Assembly (NCBI GenBank): GCA_009914755.4
Contig: CP068257.2
Location: 42,528,001 to 42,592,000 of the forward strand
DNA from: the human T2T-CHM13v2.0 reference genome, Homo sapiens
Direction: 5' to 3'
Length of the DNA stretch: 64,000 nucleotides
The first letter of the stretch is position 1. Each line of letters starts with the position of its first letter. The notes under the pieces were generated by a model that ran no database searches, was not told where the DNA came from, and worked only from the letters and a program-made list of their open reading frames with translations. Made by a program: the position numbers and the translations under genes. Below are positions 1 through 12,385 of the stretch, one piece after another.

Positions 1-1643
1 AGGCAGTGCGGAGGGCTGGGCTGCTCAGCTGAATATTCTTATGCTTATTTTGGTCATTTCTTGATTATATGTTAAACAAGGAGTGGATTATTCATGAATT
101 TTCTGGGAAAGGGTGGTCAATTCCCAGAACTGAGGCTTCCTCTCCTTTTTAGACCGTGCAGGGTAACTTTCGGACGTTGCCATGGCATTTGTGGACATGG
201 CGCTGGTGGGAGTGTCTCTTAGCAGCTAATGCATTAGAATTTGTGTATAATGAGTGGCGAGCACGACCAGAGGTCACTCTAGTCACCATCTTGGTTTTGG
301 TGGGATTTGGCCACTTCTTTACTGCAACCTGCTTTATCGGCAAGGTCTTCGTGACTTGTATCTTGTGCCAACCTCCTGTCTTGTGACTAAGAATGCCTTA
401 CCCTCCCGGGAACGCAGTCCAGCAGGCCCCAGCCTCATTCCACCCAGCCCCTATTCAAGACGGAGTCGCTCTGGTTCAAACACCTCTGACAGTTGGACAA
501 GTTGGTGACAGCCAGGAGGGCCCGATGTGGACATGTGACAGGCACCCTGTGGCCATCAGATTCTCAGGAGGAAGAAATCCCCTTCTGAAATAAAGCACCC
601 TGAGAACCGGCGGGAAGGAGCGGGGACTCCGTCGGGGCTTTCCAGGGAAGCAGCCAGGGACTTGCCCTGATTTTGGTTTCTCCAGGTTGGAGCCGCCCCG
701 CAGGCTGCCTCTGCCGGCGGGAGGAAGTGAGCAGCTCCTGCGGAACCTCTGGCTGGCACAGAGCCCGGGGGCGGGGGAGCCCTCCCTGCCAAGAGAAGCC
801 ATCAGGTGCAGAGGACAGCACTGACTGGGCCAGTGGGGCGTTCTCCAGCTGGGTCAGCCGTGGCCCCCGCCTCGGGCTGGAGTCCGGCAGGCAACTGCTG
901 CAGAAACGGAGGCAGAGGCAGGTGGAGGAGCCGCCTCCAGGCGGAGGAGCCCCAGCAAGATGGGGCGCTGGAGTTGAGCTCAGGCTGTCAGCCCCAGAAT
1001 CCAAGCTCCTTGCCCTCGTGCTAACCCAGCCTCACTAACTGGCAGCTGGGGGCACCCTCCCAGCCTGCCAGGGACACCACACTGGGCACACACCACTTCG
1101 GCTGCAGGACCCCATCCTCACTGGCTGTGGCGGGAGACTGGTGAGCCGTCCTTGTAGACGGGACTCCCCCTAGAGTCCTGAAGGACTGTCCTGGGGGCTG
1201 GGGAGCTGCTGGAGGCAGCAGCCTGGGCCAGGAGATCACTGGGGTGGTGAAGGGGAGAGGGTTAGGGCTTCGGTAGGGGGACCCCCTATAGACCAGACAA
1301 CGGATTCCACAGCCACCACCCCCACCCCTGGCTGACCTCACCTTCTGCAAGGGACCCAGTCCTGGACAGGGTCACTGAATTGCTGCCCCCTAACCTGTCC
1401 CCACCCACTGGAGACCTCAGCCTGCCCTGCTCACCCTGGCACCGGCCAGCCTGTCCACGCTGGGTGCCCAGGGCGGGAAAACAGGTGCGGGTTCCCATGA
1501 CTGCATCTCAGGACTCCTGTCTGCGCCCCTTCTTGGCGTGTCTTTAAATGTCTTTGTTAGGCCGCTCATTATGATCCCTCCTGTTTTAATGGAAAAATCT
1601 TGTAAACACTGGGAGGACCAGTGGTCTTTTTCTTTCTTAAATA

Positions 1644-1759
1644 GAGATGAGGTCTCACTATGTTGCCCGGGCTGATCTCAAACTCCTGGCCTCCAGCGAT
1701 CCTCCTGCCTTGACTTCCCGAAGTGCTGGGATTCCAGGCGTGAGCCACTGGGCCCGGCC
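1644..1759 (-). mobile_element. Alu left-monomer (FLAM-like or truncated Alu)
   Basis: The segment ends with …cccgaagtgctgggattccaggcgtgagccactgggcccggcc, the reverse complement of an Alu 5' arm. Confidence 0.8.
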
Positions 1760-2229
1760 TAAATTCTTCTTCTGTACTTGCTGGTTTTCCCAAAATGTGC
1801 ACACACTGATGTTAGAATCGGAAAGAGTATCACTCCTGTGACAGCAGTGGGAAGGTGTGTGTTACAGCCACAGGTGTCCACAGGATAGAATCTCACAGCA
1901 ACAGACGTGCTAATGTGGGCACTGGAGGTTGCACCCTATACCGGGCACTGCCCATCCCTCCCCAGTTCCCAGACCAGCTACGCCAGGGATCTGGAGTCCC
2001 CTTCCATGAGTGTGACGAGGACAGGTGAGGTCTCCTGAGTCCTTACCAGCAGGTCAGGCACCCTGTTGAGTCGTCTTCAGAACCCTCAAAAGTGCACGCC
2101 CCTGCCCTGTGGGTCTGGGCCACGATCCTGGGACACAGTTCTGAATGCTGACATCCTGAAAGATCAAAATCCCAAAATTATAATTCTGGAAAAACTAATT
2201 CGAAAACATTCTGTAAAAGACATTTGTTT

Positions 2230-2560
<331 letters not shown>

Positions 2561-3344
2561 TTTAAGGGGGATTTGAGAAACTGAAAAACACGACAGCACC
2601 CCTCATAGGCGACTTTACCCAATAAAGTCGGTGATCATAACATTTTCTCCAGCACAGACACACAGGTGTGCTCATTCAGTCACGTGGATATGAGTTATGT
2701 GCAGATGAACCATTCACAGAGAAACTGGTCAGAACACCAACATGTTAGGTTTTGATCTTTCAGGAGCTCAGGATTTGGGATGACGGTGTTCGGGGTCAGG
2801 TCTTTTGAGGTTCTGATCAGCGCCGCCTCACCGCGCGATACCAGTGCAGAACGGGGAGACCCAGGTCGTCCAGGAGCTGGACTCCAGCCGGGACAGTCTG
2901 TCTGTGTCAGAGCCCGGGTCCCTCATGGGGCACTCAGCCTTCACTCGGGTTTCCTGCAAAAATGGAGAGCTTTTTTTTAAGTAGGGATGCCAAGGATGGC
3001 AGGCATGAAGCGGGCAGGCAGAGGTGGGAGCTAGTTAGCAGTATCTCCAATTACCGTGATGGGCAGAAAGAAGGTTCTAGACAACAGTGTCTTGATGAGG
3101 TCAAGAGGAACTGAAACCCCCACCCCACTTCCCCTGCCCCATCTGGTTCTGGGAAAGGGGAAATGCAGGTGCCGGCTGTGCGTGGGTCAGTGGCCCGCCC
3201 CCGCCTCTCTGCCTCGCGGACGTCCAGACTTCCGAGGCCTGGCTGTCTGCAGGGCGGCCATTGCTGTGCGCGCGCGCGCGGGCATGTGCATAGTTCAGGG
3301 AAGAGGCTGCATTTCACAGAGACTCTGTCCCAGGAGGTAGGCAT

Positions 3345-3448
3345 TTTTTCTTTTCTTTCTTTCCTTCCTTCCTTCCTCCCTTCCTTCCTTCCTTCCTAAC
3401 TTCCTTCCTTCCTTTTTCTTTCTCTCTCTTTTCTTTTCTTTCTTTCTT

Positions 3449-3455
<7 letters not shown>
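3345..3455. repeat. Polypyrimidine simple repeat (TTCC)n/(TCTT)n/(CT)n
   Basis: The stretch reads ttttcttttctttctttccttccttccttcctcccttccttcc…tctctctcttttcttttctttctttc and lies immediately upstream of an Alu. Confidence 0.95.
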
Positions 3456-3737
<282 letters not shown>

Positions 3738-4969
3738 CATTTTCATCTGGACTCTGCCATGGGGCTCAGCAAATCAGATGTGACCTGGTGACAGGTGCCA
3801 AGAAGGTCTGGCGACCACAGGTTTCTTGTCGGTTTCTGCCTGGGACCCCCGCACCTCCCTACCAGTATTCCCAACCCAACGAAAGACCGGCCAAGTACAA
3901 ACCAAGGGCAGCCCTGAAGCCCAGGACCATGAGGCCTGGAAGGCCCCAGGACAGGTGATTTGTGGCCCTGGTGTCTCAGGTCAGGAGCAGGGCAGAGCCA
4001 CCTTCCTCCCTCCCTGTGCGGGGCTGCATGAGCTCAGGGACCTTTGGACCTGAGAAAGGTCAGGCTCACTTCCTCCCCGTGCCTGCGGTTGGCCGCAGGG
4101 GGAATATTCTCCTGACCCGAGTCCCGAAGCCCTGGGCGTGGAGTTTCCCTGGACTGGGAGAAAGTAAACACCGAGGGACTTGCCAAGAGGAAATGGAGAA
4201 GCCCAGGTGTTCTGGGCGGAGCTGAGTGTCCCGCAGGGGGTTCCGCAGCTCCTCGCCTCTGGAAGACCAAGGACAGCTTTCCCCAGGGCTACAGCCTCAC
4301 GCTCCCCTCCCATCGTGGCTGGGCCTTTACTTGGGGGTGAGTGTCCTACAGACGAGGGGCTTAAAGCTACAGGAATGCCTCGTCTCGCAGAGCTGGAGGC
4401 TGGAAGGCAGATCGGCCTGTGAGGGCCGCGGTCACTCTTGGTCCTGAGCCCTCCTTGTCCGGCTGCTGGTGTCACGGGCACTCCTTGGGGTTCCTTGGCT
4501 TGTGGGAGCATCGCGCCGGCCCCGCCTCTGTCATCAGGCCGCCTCCCCTTCTCTTCTCGAAGGACACCTGCTACGGCGAGGGCCTCTCCAGGATGACCTC
4601 ATCTCGTTCTCCACTAATCACAGCTGCCAAGATTTATTTCCAAATAAAGTCGCCTTCTTGGGTTCCAGGGGACCTGATTTTGGGAGGCGCTGTTCCCCCA
4701 GCACAGGGATACAGCAGGCCCTTGGCCTCATCGGACATCTGGTGCCCGCGCGCCCTCTCACTCACGTTGTCCAGGCCTCTGCCCTTCTCAACACCCGGAC
4801 GTGGGCGTTCAGGTGTCCTTCCTGCCCTGGCGTATGCCCCACTTAGCTGAGTGGGGGGCTTAGACCTCCGCCCCATCTGCAGTCCTCCTGGGGCCTGCCA
4901 ATCAGACCCCCTGCAGCTGCATGGTCTTGGGGCATTGCTGTAAGGCCCTGGGGCCTTTCTGAATCCATC

Positions 4970-5150
4970 TGCAAGCTGGAGCTGAGTCCAGGAGCTGAGG
5001 CCGGGAGCAGGAGGTGAGGTTGCTAGCTGAGGCTGGGAGCAAGAGCTGAGGCCACTGGAGCTGAGGCTGGGAGCTGAGATGTGGAGCTGGGGCTGAGGCT
5101 GGGAGGAGGGGTTGAGGATACCTGGAGTTTGGGAGCTGGGCTGAGAGGCC
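4970..5150. repeat. Degenerate tandem repeat (gagctgaggctgg)n
   Basis: The stretch reads ggagctgaggccgggagcaggaggtgaggttgctagctgaggctgggagcaagagctgaggccactggagctgaggctgggagctgagatgtggagctggggctgaggctggg. Confidence 0.85.
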
Positions 5151-5289
5151 AGGGAGGAGAGCCCTGCCACCACCCTGCTGCCCCCCCTCGCCACCCCCCT
5201 GCTGCCACCTTGCTGCCACCCTGCCTCCTGTTCCCAGCCCTCTGGCCAGTCCCTGTGTTCGTTTTCTGTTTTCTACTTACCAGAAACTT

Positions 5290-5942
5290 AGCAGCTTGAA
5301 ACAGCACCCGCTCGGCACACATTCCTGTTGGGAGTGTGAAATGGTGCAGCTGCTGTGGGAAATGGTCTGGTGATTCCTCGCAAAGCTAAACAATTGCCAT
5401 AGCACCCTGCAGTTCCACACCTGGGGATGCACAGCCAGAAATGAAGACGGGTGTCTGAGCAAAAACTCGGACATGAGTGTTCACAGCAGCGTTATTCACA
5501 GTAGCTAGAAGGTGGAAACAACCCAAGTGTCCGTGGACCGAGGAACAGATCAACAGGCCACGGCGCACGCACGACGGAGTATTGTGCAGCCAGAAAAAGG
5601 GTGAAGCTCCCTTACACATTATGGCGTGGGTGAGCCTCAGAAACATGGTGCTAAGTGACTGCGTTTATATAAAAAGCTTGCACTGATGTAAAGTGTCTAG
5701 AGTAGAGAAACCCAGGAGATGAAGTGGATTCGTGGCTTCCAGGGCCTGAGGGCAGAGGGAAGGGACCGGCTGCTGATGGGTCTCCGTTTGGGAAGATGAA
5801 CGAGTTCTGGAGCTTGCTTGAGGCAGTGTCTGCACAACAGTGTGAGTGCACGGAATGTGGCTGAATTGGACTCTTTAAAATAGTTCAGGTGGGCAATGTT
5901 ATGTTATGTGTGTTTTACTACCATACAAATAAGTAAATAAAT
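5290..5942 (+). mobile_element. LINE-1 3' end fragment (ORF2 C-terminus plus 3'UTR), older L1 subfamily
   Basis: Diagnostic L1 3'-end strings are present: ggagtgtgaaatggtgcagc…, …cagcgttattcacagtagctagaaggtggaaacaacccaagtgtcc…, …gaacgagttctggagcttgcttgaggcagtgtctgcacaacagtgtgagtgcac… and a …ttaaaatagttcagg…atgttatgtgtgttttactaccatacaaataa tail. Confidence 0.8.
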
Positions 5943-6460
5943 GGACAAGCCTGCACCATCTTGTAGCTCACACCTGCAGGTCAGGAGCCGGCCTGGGTCC
6001 CCTGCTGGGGCCTCACCTGGGGCTCAGGCCTCCTCCCAGGCTGGTTCAGAATCCAGGTCCTTGTGGGTGTGGGACTGAGGTCCCCGTTTTCTCGCAGCTG
6101 TTGTCAGGGACTGCCCTCAGCTCCTAGGGCTTTCTCTCGGGTCCCTGCCTGGTGGCCTCTGGTGGCCCCTCCATCTTCAAGCAGCAGGGGCCGGTGGAGT
6201 CCCCCCATGAGTGGCTCTTTCTGGCCATCCCTTCTGCACCCGCCAGAGGAAACTCCGCTTCTAAAGTGTTGGTGTGATGAGGTCAGGCCCGGAGGCACCT
6301 CCCTGTTTTAAGGTCAGCGGGTTGGTGAACTTCACCATGCCTTCAGAATCCCTCTGCCACACAACACAGCCGTCTTGGGAGTAACACTGGAGGCAGAGAC
6401 CACGGGCGACCTCCAAGATCTGCTTACAACAGTCGTTTCGACAGAGTTGAGTCAGCTTGG

Positions 6461-6645
6461 GGCTTCTCCGAGTGACTGTGCACAGGGGTCCTGGGGCTTC
6501 TCCGAGTGACTGCGCGCAAGCGTCCTGGGACTTCTCCAAGTGACTGCGCACAGGCATCCTGGGGCTTCTCCGAGTGACTGCGAACAGGCGTCCTGGGGCT
6601 TCTCTGAGCGACTGCGCACAGGCGTCCCTGGGGTCCCTGGGGTTA
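6461..6645. repeat. Tandem repeat with a ~35-bp unit (gggcttctccgagtgactgcgcacaggcgtcctg), 5 copies
   Basis: Five near-identical units sit head to tail. Confidence 0.92.
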
Positions 6646-7738
6646 GGATGCTGGCGCTGGCTCAGCAGGTCTGGGAAGGGCCAGGATTCCAGTGCCCAGG
6701 CTACCGTCCAGGTCCACACCATGCCCCAATGGACGCTCTCCAGCCCCTCCCTGAGGCTGGGGCCATGGGATGAGCTCAGTGGCATCCAGATCAGAGTCCA
6801 CCCCCTCCACACCTTGCCATGGTCCTGATGTCACCAAGTGCATTGTAGCCCTAACCCTCGTGGACCCCCCTTCATGGGGTGGTGCAGGCAGCGTGTTCTC
6901 TGAGGGTAAGGACAGGGCCCAACAGGGGCTGCCCCAAGGAGCCAGTGGAGCCATGGTTCCCCACCTGCCCACTCGTCTGCCCACCCTCCCCTGAGTGGAG
7001 GCAGAGGAGCTGAGAACGGCCTGCCGGCCAGCCCTGGGAAAACCAGGTTCCTTATGGTCTGCTCAGCCATAGAGCCGGAGGCCCCTCCCAGCAGCCCCTG
7101 CCTGCCCACTCTGCCAGAGCTTCTCCATGCAACTTTTCTGCAGCATAGTCCTGTTGCACAAACACCTCTCTCTGCTTTTTCCTTTCTTTTTTTTTTTTTT
7201 AATTTAACCATATCTGCTGTATCATACAAGCACTCAGGATCTTGGTTGCAATGAATGGAAACCTATGCTAAATAACTTTCTCAGAGGGCTCTTGGGGCTC
7301 TGGAAACCAGACAGAAGGCTGGAGAATGAGGGCTGGGCATAGGCAGGTCCAGGGAGGCCAAGAGGGCAGCCTGGCTGTGAGGCAGCTGCTGGTACAGCCC
7401 AGACTGTCCCTGCTTCTGGGTCACTTGCTCCAGACCCAAAGTTCTGCCCAGGAATGTCTGGTGGTCAAACTCCAGCCATGTGGCTCCCTCTTTTCAGAGG
7501 TGAACTCAGTCTTCACTGATAAGGGTAAGGTTCCTGGTGAATCCTGCAGCTTGAATGTCCATCCCCATGAATCCGAGCTGAGCCTGCAGGGCTCCCAGCC
7601 CCAGGCCTCCACGGAGAGGAGATGAGCCAGCCCTGCTGAGCCCTGCCCAAACTGCACATGCGTGAGTTAAAGAAACGGCTATTACTGTTTAAAGCCATGC
7701 AGTGTTGGGCTGGTTTGTTAAATTGAAATAGATTACCC

Positions 7739-8032
<294 letters not shown>

Positions 8033-10075
8033 TCACCCAACACCACAGATGATCATCAAGTTCATGAAGACGGACCTTCAGTTTGCAGGGGCTGTGTGTC
8101 CATTTCATTGGCTTGGGTCTCCTTTTTTATCCTCAAGGGACTCCCAGGTGTTCCGATGCCCTGGCACTGAGGACTCAGGCCATGCCCTGGCCCACACCCT
8201 GCCCTGCATGTGTTGCAGCCTGAAGTGGTCCACTGGGCCTGGCATGTCTCAAAAGCCAAAAGGGAACAATGCTTCCCGGCTCCACATTCAGTGACAGCAC
8301 GTCAGCAGCTGGAAGCCAGCATCAGTGGGGGTGTTTACACCATGGGAATGGGCCCACTCCACAGACTAGCGCTGTACCAAGAGAGCCAGTTTGGTTTCTG
8401 GGGGTCGTGGGGTTAGGTCCTCATGCTTCTCTCGGACCCACCCCCTAGAAATGTCCCCACCCAACCCCCACTGTAGCCTGGATGGACGGGGATGAGCTCT
8501 GCGGGGCTCCCGCCTGAGCCATCTTGTCTTCAGCTGCGTTTGGGCTCTGAGCTCCAGCCATGCTGGCTCCATGACCCAGGATGGGATTCATGCACTAACG
8601 TGAAGAGAGCAATCTCCTGAACAGAGGAAGGAGTGGGCCCTGGAGGAGCCGTGGCCCTGGGTGGTGGCACCAGGCAGCTGCAGGACCAGGGGCAGCGGTG
8701 AGGCACGAAGCCTCAGACTGGGTGTGGTTCCCACTCGTTCTTGCCGGAGAAACCTGCCTTTTCAAGCATAATTCAATCAAAAGGCCTTTTGTGGAGCCCA
8801 AACTAGAAGGCTTTGGGTTCCAGCACTGTGCCTCAGTTTCCTCATCTGGAGCATAAGGATGGGACCGTCACTGGGTGTAGATGTGGGGTCCCGGGAGGCG
8901 TGCAAGGGCCATGTTTGGGCAGGTGCCTGGAATGGAGGAGGCCTTGGTAAGTAAGCATTCATGAGCGAACCTCCCCTCTGCCGGCTCACATGTCCCACTC
9001 CCTCACATGTGGGCCAGTGTGTTGTCACCCTCTCTGCAGTGAGGAAACTGAGGCCCAGCCCAACGGCAGAGCCAGCCCAGCTGTCTGGGCAGCCCGACTC
9101 CAGAGCCGGGCAGGGAATTGCCTCCTTTCACGTTCAGGGTGACTATGCCAGTGCTCACAGTGACGGGTGGGCCGGGGCCAGCTGGCCTAGGGTCTGCCTT
9201 GCCATCTGGCGACACCATATCGCTCTTCCATCCTGGCATTTGGATTTTGTTACCAACAGCTTCACCAAACCGCCTTTCATGACACCCAGGACAGCCACGA
9301 GGCTGCCCCTGCCCCTGCCCTGCCTCAGTGGGACTCACAGCAGCTCAGAGGCTGGAGGGAGGTCTGGAAGCCCCTAGTGCTCAGTAGAGCAGTGAGATGG
9401 GAGAGAAGCAGCTGGGGAAGGAGGCCAGGTGAGCCTGGTGGGAGGCCTCTCAGTTTCTGCACACTTGGGAACATTCCAGAGTGACTGGCATTTCCCATGA
9501 CTTTCTCTGGGATGAAGTGAGGCTGAGAATGTGAAGTTCCCAAGGGTTACAGACGCTTACTGTTGCAGACACAAATGACTACGCATTCCATCACGGGACA
9601 GTTTTCCTTTGGAAAGAGAATGACCCAATTTCCTTTTTTTCTAAAACTTAAGTCATTCTGCCAAATTTCAACATCCTAATTTTAAATCACTGGTAGAACC
9701 TCGATCCTGAAGTCTATCTTGGCCTCACTACAAGACCCCCAAAGAGCCGTCATCCCTGATAAGGTGGTTTTAAGTTTTAGTGATTGTTATTTTGCAATTC
9801 TTAGATTTTATTCACAAAATCCACGTGGACTCAATTCTAGCTCAAGCCATCTCCATGTCCCCGGCCACCACTGCCTGCCTGCCCTTCCCTGTTTATGGGT
9901 CTTTGTTTGGAGTCACCTCTTGTTTGCCTCAAATAATTAATTTTGAGTTGCTTTTTCGGGAAGGAAATGTTCTTGGTGCAATTTCTGGCCTCTATGTAGC
10001 TGAGAATGTTTTTTCTGTTGCCTGGACTGGTGCAGCGGGTCTCCCTATAGTGACCCGGCCAAGCACAGAAGTCTG

Positions 10076-10245
10076 GGTTTGCAGCTGTGAGACTCCAGAC
10101 ATCACCCCATGGTCTCCTGGCGTTGGTGGGTTTGCAGCCATGAAGCTCCAGCTGTCGCCCCATGGTCTCCTGGCATTGGTGGGTTTGCAGCCATGAAGCT
10201 CCAGCTGTCGCCCTGTGGTCTCCGTGGTCTCCTGGCACAGGATGC
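10076..10245. repeat. Tandem repeat with a ~53-bp unit (gtttgcagccatgaagctccagctgtcgccccatggtctcctggcgttggtgg), ~3 copies
   Basis: Direct repetition is visible by eye. Confidence 0.88.
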
Positions 10246-10702
10246 TGCTGGGCTACTCAGTTTCTCTCTGTGCTTGTCTGGTGTTTTATGCTTGAAGTGG
10301 AAGATTTCCACCAGATTCATTTTCATTAATTTTGCTTGTCCCCGTGAGCCGTTTGATTAAATAGATTCAGATCTGTCTTCATTCTAGAAGTTCCTTCTCT
10401 TACATACTCTATGGCTGCACCGTTCCGGTTGTTCGAGTTTCTTTATCTGGAAAATTGCTCCTTCGCCCAGCAGGTTTCTGGCTTCCGTCCTCCATGTCTG
10501 CTTTCTCTCTCCTCATCTCTGCCTTCCTCCTCCCTGGGGCATGGGGTGTGGGGCGTGGGGCTGCCGCCGCCTGTGTCTCGGCCTCCTGGTCCGGCTCTGT
10601 GCTTGTGGGTGCTGTTCCTTCAGCTCCCAGTGCCTTGAAAGCTGCCGCTGGGTCTCTCCTGAGATCACCTCCTCACACCTGCCCTCAGCTAATTCATGCC
10701 CA

Positions 10703-12385
10703 TCCACCAGCTCCTGTTCCATTCCCGTCTGTTTCATCTGATGTCCCACCAGCTCCTGTTCCATTCCCATATATTTCCTCTCACCAGCTCCTGTTCCATC
10801 CGCATCTATTTCATCTATTTCATCTGACTCCTCACCACCTCCTGTTCCATTCCTGTCTATTTCATCTGACGTCTCACCAGCTCCTGTTCCATTCCCGTCT
10901 ATTTCATCTGATGTCTCACCAGCTCCTGTTCCATCCTTGTCTATTTCATCTGATTTCTCACCAGCTCCTGTTCCATCCCTGTCTATTTCATCTATTTCAT
11001 CTGACTTCTCACCAGCTCCTGCTCCATTCCCGTCTATTTCATCTGATGTCTCACCAGCTCCTGTTCCATCCCCGTCTATGTCATCTGACTTCTCACCAGC
11101 TCCTGTTCCATCCCCGTCTATTTCATCTGACATCTCACCAGCTCCTGTTCCATTCCCGTCTATTTCATCTGATGTCTCACCAGCTCCTGTTCCATCCCCG
11201 TCTATTTCATCTGATGTCTCACCAGCTCCTGTTCCATCCCCGTCTATTTCATCTGATGTCTCACCAGCTCCTGTTCCATCCCCAGCTATTTCATCTATTT
11301 CATCTAACATCTCACCAGCTCCTGTTCCATCCCCAGCTATTTCATCTATTTCATCTATTTCATCTAACGTCTCACCAGCTCCTGTTCCATTCCCGTCTAT
11401 TCATCTGACTCCTCACCAGCTCCTGTTCCATCCCCATCTATTTCAACTATTTCATCTGACGTCTCACCAGCTCCTGTTCCATCCTTGTCTATTTCATCTG
11501 ATGTCTCACCAGCTCCTGTTCCATCCCCAGCTATTTCATCTATTTCATCTATTTCATCTGACATCTCACCAGCTCCTGTTCCATCCCCAGCTATTTCATC
11601 TATTTCATCTGACATCTCACCAGCTCCTGTTCCATTCCCATCTATTTCATCTGACATCTCACCAGCTCCTGTTCCATCCCCAGCTATTTCATCTATTTCA
11701 TCTATTTCATCTGACATCTCACCAGCTCCTGTTCCATCCCCAGCTATTTCATCTATTTCATCTGACGTCTCACCAGCTCCTGTTCCATTCCCATCTATTT
11801 CATCTATTTCATCTGACATCTCACCAGCTCCTGTTCCATTCCCATCTATTTCATCTGACATCTCACCAGCTCCTGTTCCATTCCCATCTATTTCATCTGA
11901 CATCTCACCAGCTCCTGTTCCATCCCTGTCTATTCCCGTCTATTTCATCTGACATCTCACCAGCTCCTGTTCCATCCTCGTCTATTTCATCTGACCTCTC
12001 ACCAGCTCCTGTTCCATTCCTATTTCATCTGACATCTCACCAGCTCCTGTTCTATTCCTGTCTATTTCATCTATTTCATCTGATGTGTCACCAGCTCCTG
12101 TTCCATTCCCGTCTATTTCATCTGATGTCTCACCAGCTCCTGTTCCATCCCCATCTATTTCATCTGATGTCTCACCAGCTCCTGTTCTATTCCTGTCTAT
12201 TTCATCTGCCATCTCACCAGCTCCTGTTCCATCCCCGTCTATTTCATCTGACGTCTCACCAGCTCCTGTTCCATTCCCATCTATTTCATCTGACATCTCA
12301 CCAGCTCCTGTTCCATTCCCATCTATTTCATCTGACATCTCACCAGCTCCTGTTCCATTCCCATCTATTTCATCTGACATCTCAG
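10703..12385. repeat. Minisatellite/VNTR of ~1.7 kb with a 42-bp unit (consensus ~atccccgtctatttcatctgatgtctcaccagctcctgttcc) and variant 51-bp units carrying an extra atttcatct 9-mer; about 38-40 copies
   Basis: The periodicity is visible by eye. Unit lengths of 42, 51 and 9 are all multiples of 3, which keeps all six frames open and explains ORFs 10455..11408(+), 10937..12442(+), 10513..11310(-) and 11397..11903(-). Confidence 0.95.

Noticed and set aside
1-600. A possible LTR-like sequence at the very start of the window (…ggcaaggtcttcgtgacttgtatcttgtgccaacctcctgtcttgtgactaagaatgcc…)
   Set aside because: It has an LTR/ERV-like flavour, but I could not match it confidently to a family consensus from memory, so it is left unannotated.
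6461-6645. A regularly spaced direct repeat superficially resembling a CRISPR array; the same applies at 41508-41650 and 55660-55850
   Set aside because: The units are contiguous with no unique spacers between them. The genome is human, so CRISPR is not applicable, and these are ordinary minisatellites.
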